Assembly: GCA_003990765.1 (NCBI GenBank)
Contig: RBNJ01000345.1
Span: forward strand, 1-32,477
Length of the DNA: 32,477 bases
Direction of reading: 5' to 3'
Source of the DNA: Jimgerdemannia flammicorona
Lineage: Eukaryota
Positions 1 to 13,931 of the stretch are shown here, in pieces. Each line of letters opens with the position of its first letter. The first letter of the stretch is position 1. The notes under the pieces were generated by a model, which saw only the letters and a program-made list of their open reading frames with translations, did no database searches and was not told the DNA's origin. The position numbers and the translations under genes were made by a program.

Positions 1-623
1 TGTGCTCCTTCCTATAGGCCTCCAGGACATCTTTGCGAATAGTATCGGCACTTGGCAAATATAAATCATGCTTGAGAAGGCCAAAGATGCTATGCAATTG
101 ATCACTCTCGATGGTTGTGAATAGCTGGTCTGTGCATACAATACAGCGAACGAGCCGATTTCGAAATTCTGCCAAAGAGTATGGCTAAAATTTTTGATTA
201 AATGGCGTTGTTGGTACAGAAATGGTCAGGCAATCAGATAAATGTACCCACCACAGCTTGGATGTCGATTTTATTTATCTCTGTGTTCTTTTTGATTTTG
301 TCAGAGTGCTTGTCTTTTATGTGTCGATTTATGTTCGAAGTCGTACCCCCAAGCATTTTGAACTTCTGGCTGGTGCAGTTCATGGGGATGGATGAAACAA
401 TATCATGTATGTGTTAAACAATATCATGTGTGTGTCAAACAAAGTGTCAATAGGTGCGTCTTAATTTTTTACCTGCAATAATTACAAACAACATTATCTC
501 CTACTTAGTACAATGTTGCCAGATTTCGGAGCGAGGATTGCGTGGAAGGTGTGGAACTATCAGGGATGTTTGACTTGAAGTATCATCGGTACTGTGAACT
601 ATTGAAGACTGATCTGTCAACAT
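1..623 (-). pseudogene. hAT transposase N-terminus with BED zinc finger; one apparent 1-bp frameshift near 503
   Basis: Exons 623-473, 369-252 and 184-<1 joined by GT-AG introns give RSEIWQHCT(K)/VGDNVVCNYCSQKFKMLGGTTSNINRHIKDKH (W..CxxC..HxxxxH BED finger), then FRNRLVRCIVCTDQLFTTIESDQLHSIFGLLKHDLYLPSADTIRKDV, typical of hAT transposases. Confidence 0.8.
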
Positions 624-684
624 GTGTATTTGCGTGTTTGCGTGTGCATGTGTATGCGTGTGTGTGTATGTGTGTGTGTGTGTT
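623..684. repeat. Imperfect (TG)n microsatellite
   Basis: Run of tgtgta/tgcgtg/tgtgtg units immediately upstream of the transposase ATG. Confidence 0.8.
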
Positions 685-717
685 GTATTGTGAATGCGTC
701 TGGCATATGAGTCATGT

Positions 718-1147
718 GGAGGATTTGGATTGGAGGATTCAGTTGAAGGATTCGGATGAGGATTCGGATTGAAGGATTCGAATTGGAGGATTCGAATTGG
801 AGGATTCAAATTGGAGGATTCGAATTGAGTGATTCGGATTGAGTGATTCAGATTGAGTGATTCAGATTGAGTGATTCGGATTGAGTGGTTCAGATTGGAG
901 TGGTTCGGATGTGTGATTCGGATGGGTGATTCGGATGGGGCGATTCGGATGGGGCGATTCAGATTGAGTGATTCGGATTAAGTGATTTGGATTGGGGTGG
1001 TTCGGATGGGTGATTCGGATGGGGCAATTTGGATGGGGTGATTCGGATTAAATCCGAGTTGATCCGGATGGCTTCGGATTTGAGATTCAAATCAAACTGT
1101 CATGTGACGAATCGAATCCGGATTTGATTCGAATTGACTCATTCGGA
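718..1147. repeat. hAT subterminal tandem repeats (14-15-bp units, GGATTGAGTGATTC-like, core GATTCGGAT)
   Basis: More than 20 head-to-tail units with no unique spacers, next to the terminal sequence. Such arrays are transposase-binding sites in hAT elements. Confidence 0.85.
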
Positions 1148-1153
1148 GCACTA

Positions 1154-1497
1154 CAGGCTAGAGTTCCTTGACTGTTAGGTTATATTATTACTCAGTAGAA
1201 AGAGAGAAGTATGTTGAGTAGATAAGGGGACTATGAGATACTGATATTATGATAGCCAAGAGAATTGACTGTTTGGGGGATAACTTTAATATGATATGAG
1301 ATGGACTGCTGGATAGGACAGATGGAGAGAGAGAGATGATAGATAGGAGTAGAAGAATAGAAGGCTGAGAGAAGATTGAGAAATTGAGCTCACTGGTAGA
1401 TATAGGATGACTTGGATAAAGAGATCATAGAGTCTATACTTACTGAATGATAGGGCTAGGATTGAGAATTTACTGGATATTAACTGCTGAGTACTGT
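1154..1497 (+). mobile_element. Degenerate LINE fragment (APE endonuclease region)
   Basis: Colinear similarity to 14215-14557 (caggctagagttccttgact... vs caggctggagccccttgatt...), including the (GG)DFN- and RID-like motifs. Confidence 0.85.
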
Positions 1498-1909
1498 ATA
1501 TCTATAGAATACTAGTAGTCTCATATCCATTTTGTCTAGATATCTTAATTTGATTTATATAGTTATTCAGATATAATAGTTATTCATTATTCAGCTTGAA
1601 AGTGAGAAATTCATCTTGAATTATCAGCTAATGAGTATCAAGTTATAATGTAGCAGATATATAATTATATTAAGTATATCAGATTTCTATATCTTGAAAA
1701 CTTAATCTTCTTTGACTCTGTAGAGTTCTTAGGATATAAGAGTAGGTGAGTTTGAAGTGTATCTGCCTGTAGGCTTACTAGTTCTCTTACTTTCTCTTTG
1801 CTTTAAACTATTTTGATCAGAGGTTTATTTACTCTAGATACTGGGGATATTTATATAAGTTTGCTAGCTATAAGATGGCTAAGTTATGAGTTACTTTTTC
1901 ACAAGTATT

Positions 1910-1999
1910 AAATCTTTAACATCTGCTAAATCTTTGATAATTGTCAAAACTTTAACATCTGTAAAGAGTTTAACATTTGCTAAAACTTTAATGTTTACA
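1910..1999. repeat. Five degenerate 18-bp tandem repeats (hexapeptide-like)
   Basis: aaatctttaacatctgct / aaatctttgataattgtc / aaaactttaacatctgta / aagagtttaacatttgct / aaaactttaatgtttaca. Confidence 0.7.
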
Positions 2000-2399
2000 A
2001 AATAACTGCTATTTATAAGGCTATACTATATTTGTGAATCAGATTTAGATACTATAATCAAATATCTATTCTTCTGATTCTTGTTCCTAATTTGGATCAA
2101 CTATCACAATATATATCTAAATTTAGAAGTCAAGAAATAGAGAGAAGTAGAGTAAATATATCTGATTTATTTCAAAAGTATTGTTTTATTTTAGTATGAG
2201 TAAAATTGCTATCAGTAATATTACTCACAAATTGTATATCTAAATGATCATCTGATCATATATCCAAATTAAATCAAGCTACTTAAAAAATTATAACCAA
2301 TGTTAAATATCAGTCTTTTTTTTTATTTTCATAGTAAGAATATAGTATAAATAAAACAAAAATAAAATCTATATATATAAGTAAGTAAAGAGATATTCT

Positions 2400-3280
2400 T
2401 TACATTTGTTTCTTTATTTTTTAATATAAAAATATGCTTCTTACTAATACTTAAGCATTCTCAAAACTTAGTATCTCTTTCATTACTAGTATTATTAAGA
2501 TAAAATTACTATACTCTGATCTCTAAGTAGTGTTTAACTCTATGATATCACTAATATCATAAGATCTGGACAGAGATAAGCTACCTTCTTCTCTATTCTC
2601 TCCTCCTCTTTCTTCTCTGCTATCTCTCTCAGATCCTCTAATAGAGCTCTATCATTACTGAGTCCAAAAAGCAACATCTATATTTGTATCTTGAGTGCTA
2701 AGTAAAAAGCCAATCTTGAGTAGCAAAAGGAACTCTTATACTACAGACTGATCAAAGTAATAAGTAATTTCTTAAATCTTTTATAATATATATAGATATA
2801 GAATATAATACAAGTCTGAATTCTCTCTAATAATATGAGATCCTCTCTAATAATATAGAATTCTCTCTAGCAATCTAAATAGTATAAATTTTTTTCAATA
2901 ATATAAGTAATATGAATTCTCTCTAACAGTAATATGAGTAGAAATCCTCTCAGTATATAGATATAATACTTATTTATTATTATATATAATATTATTTTTC
3001 TAATAAAAAATATGAAAACTTTTAACTTATTTATTTTTTCTCAATACTATACTGATTCTTATCTAAAAATCCATTTTAATACTCAAATTATATATTAAAT
3101 ATTATTAGATTATACTTACTTAGAGAGATTATCTCTATTGATTTATCTTTAATCTCTTTAGTTATATATATCTTTCAACTAGAATTAAAATTATAGTTCT
3201 CTCAACAGATGATACCTCTGATGATTCCAAAGAACTTATAGAAGACCTTATAATCATCAATACTGTTTTCATTTGTCAGC
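2400..3280 (-). pseudogene. Heavily decayed, probably intron-containing gene remnant of unknown (TE-associated?) family
   Basis: Minus-strand stretch LTNENSIDDYKVFYKFFGIIRGIIC*ENYNFNSS*KIYITKEIKDKSIEIISL ends at a GTAAGT donor (~3119) and is followed by a TTTTTAG acceptor (~3063). Stops are consistent with C-to-T decay. Family not recognised. Confidence 0.3.
2817..2955. repeat. Degenerate ~20-bp tandem repeat (GAATTCTCTCTAATAATA-like)
   Basis: Units at 2817, 2836, 2857 and 2913 share gaattctctcta/gatcctctcta. Confidence 0.55.
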
Positions 3281-3525
3281 TTTAAGATAGATAAGCAGGA
3301 TAGTATTAGTAGCTTAGAAAGCAGTAACAGTAAGTCCAAATAGAAGTCACACTGTTATAAGAGGTAATGAGTGATAGATATAATAATAAAATCAATAAAG
3401 ATAAGGATATACATATGTATCTAAATATAAGATAGAGTTTATTGATAGATAAGTTTATTTATTTGTTTATTTATTTATTTATTCATTTAAACTTTTTATT
3501 AACATATTTATTTTCTTTTTAAAAA

Positions 3526-4694
3526 AGAGTTATATATAATATAATTGTTACCAACTATTAACAAATAAGATATTGCAATCACTAGTTCTTTTTCTGTATT
3601 CTGCTTAAGTATAAAATCAGAACTATATCACTAGTACTTCATGAAGATAGTTCTATATAAGATTTTAGAGTATACAATCATATCAGCAATCTGAGTATAA
3701 GATGAGATATACTAATGTAATAATAAGCTCAAAAATGTAGAATAGTTATTATAGTACATATAAACTTAGTTTTGCAATTAAGAAGAATTTTATCCAAATT
3801 ATTACAATCTATACTCAGTATTATTACTCATCTCTCTGATTCTACCTCTGGCTATTATATAATAAGAAGCTGCTATCTGTAAATTCTAACCACCTATGTT
3901 ATAAGATAAAACCACTATTGTATTATAAGTATTAAAGAAAGAACCACCATTAGTCTAATAATAGACTTGTTAAGATGGACTCAAAGCTCTCATATAATTA
4001 GTATGGATATTTATTTAGATATATAATAAGGAAGTTATATTAGCTCATGAAGACTAAGTGGAAGTCAATATCTATACTATTGATCCTGGTGTTCAAATCT
4101 TTCTAACATAGTACTCACTTATATAAAGTCATGGTTACTTTGGTTAAAATGATATCTAGTATAGAATCTAGCTACTACTTGTCCTTAATGATCTCATATA
4201 ATATATCTGCCAGATATCTGTATAACAATAAGACAAGTTCTGTCATATATAAGCATATATACTAATGGATATATAATCTGATTAATGAGGTCCATAAGAA
4301 AGCAGTATTGTGGCTCCTGAGAATGTTTGATGTAGTGATTATCCCTTGGTTCAACTCATATTCTATGGCTGAAAAAAAGAAGAAAAAGTTGAACAGATAT
4401 ATGGTACAGAAGATTCTAATATAGAGTTATGGGCACTTCCTCAACTGGCTACTCAGCAAGGCCAAGGAGCTGGGTAAAAAGGTTGTGATTGTATCTGAGG
4501 CATATATATCAAAGACCTGTAGTGCATGTGGGTGGATCAATCACAGCCTGGGTAGTCAAAAGGTTTTCCAATACTGGGATTGCAAATGAGTAGTAGATAT
4601 AGTACCTGAGGAATCTTTCTTTGGGGAATTTTGTTCCTCAAGGAGAGGTCTTTGGGCTTTGCTTGATGAAGCTGCACATAAGTGTACGGGGTGA
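3526..4694 (+). pseudogene. tnpB: Fanzor2 (eukaryotic TnpB-like RNA-guided RuvC nuclease), pseudogenised
   Basis: RVIYN (3526), RuvC-I IDPGVQIFLT (DPG 4082-4090), NLINEVHKKAVLWLLRMFDVVIIP, VIVSEAYISKTCSACG (E 4497, CxxC 4518-4529), KVFQY..C and decayed (N)STxGIFLW/ALLD corresponding to NGARGIFLRALLD. Many stops and small indels. Confidence 0.9.
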
Positions 4695-4764
4695 AAATCA
4701 TATGTTTAGCTAGTTGACTAGTGTTGATTAGTGATAGCTAGTGGTGATCGCTCAGAGCCATCCG
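3526..4764 (+). mobile_element. Fanzor2 / IS607-type TnpB element remnant 1 (5'-truncated, right end preserved)
   Basis: Contains a decayed Fanzor ORF, and its 3' end is homologous to the end of the second element (11428-11502). No TnpA recognised upstream. Confidence 0.85.
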
Positions 4765-4785
4765 ATAATGATCATTTGGTTAAGA
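4673..4785 (+). ncRNA. Putative 3' part of Fanzor omegaRNA scaffold plus flank-derived guide (element 1)
   Basis: Hairpin TGCAC-ATAA-GTGTA (4673-4686), a 31-nt block (4711-4741) and CCATCCG (4758-4764) are shared with element 2. TnpB/Fanzor omegaRNAs come from the element right end, with the guide taken from flanking DNA. The 5' boundary of the RNA cannot be placed. Confidence 0.45.
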
Positions 4786-4862
4786 AATACCATGACAACA
4801 GAGAAAAAAAAGCTATGAAAAGAGAGTTTTTTTTTTTTAAAAAAAGGGATAATAGAACATAC

Positions 4863-5570
4863 GAAAGCATTGTTTGTTCCGTTGACATCGAGCATGTTCC
4901 GCACAAGCTTTTTCGTACCAAAAGATATGATGACAATTTCTTCTAATTGTGGGGTGGCGGAAACGATTTCTGGGTTCGTCCAGTACGATGTCACCAAAAG
5001 ATCATCTTGGTCTCTTCCGTCTGCTATCGTAAGACTGCCGAGGCAAAGGATGGACATGTTCGTCGCATAGGTTGCCTACATGTGTGTGGGGCGGGATAGG
5101 TAATTACACGCGTGAATCGACAGTCTGACCCTATCGCCTGTCAGTCTGTTGCTCGCCTGCCCAATACTTTCCGATATAACGCTCACTCACCCATTCAACG
5201 CGTGGAGGGCCACATTGAGCCTCTTTGCCTGGAGGAGTAAATGCAGGTAGCGCCAGGAATGTGAATGTTGCCAGGTGGTAAAATAGATGTTCCGAACACG
5301 GCAGGTAATTATGCATATATGCATATGTATATAATTCCGTCCCAAGTTTGGGAGGCTCATGGTTGTAAACATTACAGAATTGGGCTATTGTTGCAGGGTG
5401 CACCATCCACCACCACCTACCAGCTGAAATGGTGGCTTGCCGATCCTGTCGATCTTGGAAATCTTTCTGTTGACTGAAGGCCCAGATTGTCGTCTAAGAA
5501 AGATATGACATTACAAGTCTATTCGACCACCACAAGTCCATTGGCAAAATACCCATGCAATTGGGCCCAT
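4863..5570 (-). CDS. Candidate spliced host gene of unknown function, divergent from LETM1, 3'-truncated
   Basis: Phase-compatible GT-AG-bounded exons 5493-5421, 5228-5191 and 5075-4863 (possible first exon 5570-5553) give TTIWAFSQQKDFQDRQDRQATISAGKEAQCGPPRVEWATYATNMSILCLGSLTIADGRDQDDLLVTSYWTNPEIVSATPQLEEIVIISFGTKKLVRNMLDVNGTNNAF. No family recognised. Confidence 0.4.
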
Positions 5571-5695
5571 AGTCCCGGTTTGGGGGCTGTGCGACCAGTG
5601 ACGACTGAGTCAGACAAACGAAAATTAGATCCCGATCAAACCCTTGACATTTATATAAACACCCACCCTCGAGAGAGCCGTAGCCCATTCCTATA

Positions 5696-8882
<3,187 letters not shown>

Positions 8883-9138
8883 ACAATTTTTGGGGAGGGT
8901 AAGGTTAACATAGAACAAAAGTGTAAGTATGGAGCTTAGATTGTACCGTACTGATCTTGAAGAAATGTCTTTTTCTTTGTTCATTGGCATGAATTTCTTG
9001 AAATAAAAAGCTCTTTCCGTTGCTCGAGATTTATACTGTGGTGGCTTAGCATTGCGATTTCTGTTGCCGTATGATGTCACCCACAGCACGCAACCGTAAA
9101 CAGTGGACCTCTACCCCAAACCCTCCGGAAACACCGAA

Positions 9139-11162
9139 ATGTCCTTGCTTGCAACCCGAGAACGCCGCCCAAATGCCGGTAGTCGGTGAGCCCCGTCGTG
9201 TTAAATTGCCTTGGTTCACCACGCCGAGTTCACTTGAGCACATTGACGAACATTCCGCCCTCATGGTTGCAGAATGCGAGCCTTGCTCGAGGAGGAGCTA
9301 GAGGTGGAGGAGCTGTTTCAAGAGGTGGACGATGATGTCGAATTTGAGGTGCAAGGTATAATTTTACGTCTCTTGAGGGCATTTGACTGTTCGCGAAGGA
9401 AAATTGGCTCACCACGGTCATTAACCCATTCGTACAGGTGAGGACGAAGATATCGTCGATTCTGACTTTGACGTGAGCTCTGGAGATGAAGAGGCGGGCA
9501 AAGAAGCTGAAGGCGCGGCTGAAGATCAAGCCATCCATGTGGAGGAGAAAAAGGTGCGTAAATCGCGGTAGAGTGTTCATTATACATATGTCAGTCCCTA
9601 AAAATTCATTTTCCTTTCTACCAGAAACGCAAAGTAGTAGTGCCTGTAATAAAGAAGCGGCCGCTTCCAAAACGCCGGACGCAACCAGAGGCGCCCTCGT
9701 CAACGACAACTTCTATCCCAACATCGTCGTCGATGTCCACGCCAGCAAAAAGGCAAAGAACAGAAAGACCATCAGTAGCTCCTACAAGTGAGTCAGTTTT
9801 TTTTAAATATATATATTAAAATCGAGGAGTTTGTTCCTTTGCTGTGGGCTCGGCATATTCAGCTTGCCACCTCTATTGCCCGATTCTACAAAAGCCACTC
9901 CTGCCACACGCAAGTCTTCTCGCGCCACAACCGTCAAGAACCGTGAATGGGTCGAGGAGCAACTGAAAGAGTATGAAATCAAGAGGGTAACTTTTGTTCC
10001 GAGTACGATCTAAAATTGATTTTCTGGCTATTCCCGAATGTCGATTGTGTTATATCTCTCGACCATTATTTCTAAACAGGCCGCCCAACCCAAACGTGAC
10101 CGACCTACAATTCGGGCGCTCACACAACAAGAGCTCCTCGCCGAAGCTGCAATCACGGAGGAGCAAAACAAGGCGTCCCTCGAAACATGGCAACAAATGG
10201 AAGCCGACCGGATGCAAAAGGCCAAAAAGAAAACCGACACGGGCATTATCGGCCCCTTCGTCCGGTTCTACTCGTTCATGGATGGCGACGAATCCAAACG
10301 GCCAAAGGGACGCAAGGCATTGGTGATCGAATATAAGCCCGGCACGGGCAATGTGGTCAGACAGATTGAAGATGAGAAGGTGAAGCAGTGGATAGCGATG
10401 CAGGAGGCCGAGGAATGCGACGTCGTTGGGCGGAACCTGGTCAGCTTCGAAGGTTACGATGGCGACGAGGCCGACGACGGGGGACGTAGTGGCGGGGCGG
10501 CGTACGACGGGAACGGCGGCGGCGTGCATAGGGGAGAGAACGACCTAGATGAGGAAGATCTCGAAACCGCGGACTTGATCCCAATGCTTAAGAACTGGAT
10601 CGAGCGGCCTGCGCGACCGCGGAAACCGCTCATGTGCCCGATTACGGGGCTCCCTGCTCGGTACAAGGACCCCAAGACGGGCGTCCCTTACGCGAACAAA
10701 GATGCCTACCAGATCATCCAGCAGATTGTGGGGCAAGAGTTCGTATGGTCAAGCGTGCTCGGGGCCTACGTGCAGAGCGAGAACCAACAGTTGCCGCGGG
10801 GTGCGCCGGAGGGCTGGGCGAGAGCTGGGGCAGGGAAGGTGGTGGATGAGGAGGATTGGCCTGAAGGTGAGGGAGATGATGTGCCAGGGTGGTTGAGGGA
10901 GAAGAGGAGGATGGAGCGGGAGGCCAAGGATCAGAAAGAGAAGGAGCGGGTGAAGGAAAAGGACACGAAACGGTCAAGGAGTGAGGGTGAGGAGGTTGGG
11001 AAGAAAGATGGGGAAGGAGAGCAGCCGGATAACGGGAAACGCGAAGAGTCGGGCAAGGTTGAGGGTTCTGCAGGGGACGGATTAAACAAGAAGATAATCG
11101 AGGGAAGAGAGAGCAGGAGGAGGGGCTTGCGGAATAGCGTTACGATTATTGTACAGGAGTAA
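9139..11162 (+). CDS. VPS72: Vps72/YL1 (SWR1/SRCAP H2A.Z-deposition subunit), 6 exons
   Basis: Exons 9139-9185, 9273-9355, 9438-9553, 9625-9787, ~9895-9986, 10080-11162. Motifs: RERRPNAGSRMRALL, DIVDSDFD, RKSSRATTV, LTQQELLAEAAITEEQN, and YL1-C CPITGLPARYKDPKTGVPYA. Confidence 0.93.
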
Positions 11163-11407
11163 AGATACGGTGGCAGGCCACCTCAGCTATGTGTTTGTCA
11201 ATACATTCTATAGATACACGAGCTCGCGTATTGGGCTTTTCTACATACGACTTTTACATGCAATCGATTTGCTGTGATTGGGTTTGTTTGTGTCCATCTC
11301 CAAGTTTGCGATTGGTCGTGGCATCTGCGATTGAACGGCAAGTTTGTTCCAACCAAAGACAAATCGTATATATGCCACCCTCACCAAATCTACATCCAAA
11401 TATTTTT

Positions 11408-11502
11408 AAGCCACCAAAATTCCTTAGCGGATGGGTTGAATCGGCCAACTATCGCTACACAACACTATGTAACTATAGTCAGCAAATTGGCACAGTTGTG
11501 CC
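11408..11502 (-). ncRNA. Putative 3' part of Fanzor omegaRNA scaffold plus flank-derived guide (element 2)
   Basis: Minus strand reads GGCAC-AACT-GTGCC hairpin (11502-11489), a 31-nt block (11475-11445, 23/31 identical to 4711-4741), then CCATCCG (11434-11428). Confidence 0.45.
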
Positions 11503-11995
11503 CTTAAACTGAAGTCATAACCACAGCCCCATCAAGCAATGTCTGGATAAATATCCCACAAGCTCTGTTTATATCTCTTGTTGATAACGAGATTGTAGCC
11601 ACCACATTTGAGTGCTGAGATTATACTTGTACATATTATAGAAAAGAATAGATTAGTTTTTTAAAAAGATAATATTATATCTTAATCATTTTATAGCTGC
11701 TATAGATTTTACTGATACATATATGATTCTGATATTGATATAATCACTATCTTGTTATGCTCTTTCTCTTTATATTTGAGATACTTATATATAAAACCTC
11801 ATATACTTATATTATTATCTAACATACTGTTTAGTTATTGAGCCTTCTCTTTATATAATATCAAGATATCATCAATTTACTATATATTATTATTCAATGT
11901 TATCCATATACCTCTCTCCACTACAATTTACATTATACAAACTTTTAACAATACTTTTGACATAGTTTTTAAAGTAAAGGTAATAATAATATAGC
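11428..11995 (-). pseudogene. tnpB: Fanzor2/TnpB element 2, C-terminal segment and right end
   Basis: Minus-strand translation: KRRLNN*TVC*III*VY (KRRLN.TVRQMMTWAH), KIVIISISESY..SKIYSSY (SE.YTSKTCSSC), KCGGYNLVIN.. and NRACGIFIQTLLDGAVVMTSV* (NGARGIFIRALLDG). Stop at 11506-11504. Confidence 0.85.
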
Positions 11996-12049
11996 AATTA
12001 ACAAGAGATTAGAGGAGTATGCTAGGTAGGACAACTCCAGTGCATTTGA

Positions 12050-13900
12050 CTAGCAGTATGTGGGGAGGAGTTATGGCTTGAAGGGAAGTCTGTTGAGCTC
12101 ACTGGCTAGAGAATATAGAAGAGAAGAAGGTAGTGCTGAAAGATAGAAGACTAGAAGAGTGAGCTTTGCTGATAAGATCAAGGCTGGGTACTTATCAATA
12201 GGTCTGGAGACCTGGCTGTAAGGTGATAAGAAGAAGAGAAGAGCTACAGAGTCTAGTAGAGAGGCTTCTGAGAGTAGTGGTAGTAAGACTAGGAGAGTTA
12301 TATGTAGCTGGAGAGAGTGGGACTACTATAGAGGAGAGACTGCTAATTTAGAAAAAAAAATCCAGATATGATGACTGATGATAAGGCTGAACAGGGGCAG
12401 AACATGAGGCCTAAAGACCTGGCTGATGGTGTAATAGGTCTGGTAGCAGTACTGTTACTTAAGAAATTGGTATCTAAATTCACTATCACATCATACTTCT
12501 AAGGCTTAGCAGTTATAGTATAGATAGTTCTGGAACCACTGGCCCAGAAGGTGAAAGGGACTACCTCAGTGAAGTTCATAAAAGGTCTGAAGAGGGTTGA
12601 GGTGGGGTTCAAGAAGAAGAAGTGAATATTGGAGATATTAGAGAAAAGAGTGATAGTAGGAGAGATAGCAATTTCTATAGCTTAGTGCTTATACTGAACC
12701 CTCAGATAGTATAGCTAGTAGTGGCAAATATCTTGATAGTAAAGAAGGAGGTGGCCAGGGACTGATTATCAATATCATCAAGGAGTATAGAGATGTGGTA
12801 AATATTGGTTTCTGAGTCTGAGAGGATATAGAGTTCAGAACTGAAGATATAGATATTAGGGTGAGGCTAGAAGACAAAGAGAATACTGGAAAGAGAAGAG
12901 ATTGACTAGTAGTACTTAAGTGGAGACCAGTGGAGTATAAGGTCTTGAGGGTCAAGAAGATATCAGAGGAGGAAAAGAACTTACTGGAGGTATTAAAGAA
13001 CCTGACCAGAGCTGTTAAGAAGAGAAGATTAGTCTGAAAGGAGTATAAGACCAAGATAGTGGTAGAGATAGTAAATGGTAAGCAAGTGAGACTAGATCAG
13101 ACTGCCTGAGAGAGAGTATAAGAGAGGTAATATCAGAAGAATTTATAGACAAAGTTGGGAGAGTAGCTAGAGGAGGGGAAAGCTACTAATAGAGTCAGAT
13201 CAAGGACCAGTGCTTGAGCAGAAGAGGAGGAGATAGTAGTGAAGGTGATCTTGGCAGAAGAGAGAGACCCAGTGTAAGATATAGTGATTGAGGATGAGAT
13301 AATGATAGAGGTGATTTGAGTTCAGTATGATATATCTATAGAGGAAAGGAGAAATGATAAGCTACAGAATATACTAGAGGAGAACTGGGATGAGTTAGTG
13401 AGGGTGGATGCTGATGATGGTTGAGAGGCTGGAGGGCAGGAGGTGGTCCAAGAAGTAGATGAGACTATAGATAAGAAGAGATGACTATAGAAGATATTGA
13501 TGAATATCATGACAGATAAGTTAAGTGAGATAGACTTTAGAGTGATCAGTAAGAGACACTAGAGAGAGGTTCTGTGAGAAGAAGAGGTAGTATAGAAGAT
13601 TAGAGATGAGCTGATGGTAGGTCTATTAGAGGTAGAGGAGTATGGAGTAGATGGCAACAGAGAGGTGATACTTCTGAGAATTATGAATAACTGTACAATC
13701 TATCTGTGGGACCCTAGAAAGAAGTTGGTGAAGTGGCAGGTAGTGTATGAGAAATACTAGTCTAATATAGAGGCTGTGAATGGTGAGGACTATTGGGAGA
13801 TCTTGGTAGCTCTGGATGCTCAGCAGGGAGAGGCTAAGAAGCTTAAAGCAGAGAGGAATCTGAATGTCACTGGAGATACAGTGAGCATGAAACTGTAGAG
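12050..13900 (+). pseudogene. LINE ORF1 remnant
   Basis: Purine-rich, coding-like strand upstream of ORF2 with many TAG/TGA decay stops. Assigned by position, with no diagnostic motif firmly recognised. Confidence 0.5.
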
Positions 13901-13931
13901 TAGGTGACCTTCTTTATAACAATTATTCAAT

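Larger units (their letters stand above)
1..1153 (-). mobile_element. hAT-superfamily DNA transposon, 5' part (continues beyond window start)
   Basis: Minus strand begins TAGTGCTCCGAAT at 1153 (hAT-like terminus), followed by an array of subterminal repeats and a BED-finger/hAT transposase reading frame. LINE-derived sequence starts abruptly at 1154. Confidence 0.85.

Noticed and set aside
718..1147. CRISPR-like or telomeric array
   Set aside because: Units are 14-15 bp head-to-tail with no unique spacers and sit beside a hAT terminus, so subterminal repeats explain them.
1750..1810. Ty1/copia-like RxSxRxxKPxxRY linker on the minus strand
   Set aside because: No copia RT or integrase motifs recognisable nearby. 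The motif is too short to assign a family.
3280..3525. IS607 TnpA serine recombinase or Fanzor left end upstream of element 1
   Set aside because: Only low-complexity AT-rich sequence, with no YARVS-like motif seen.
4741..4755. Element 1 ending at ..GCTCAG (decayed TCGG)
   Set aside because: Comparison with element 2 extends the shared sequence to CCATCCG at 4764, which I prefer, though this rests on only two copies.
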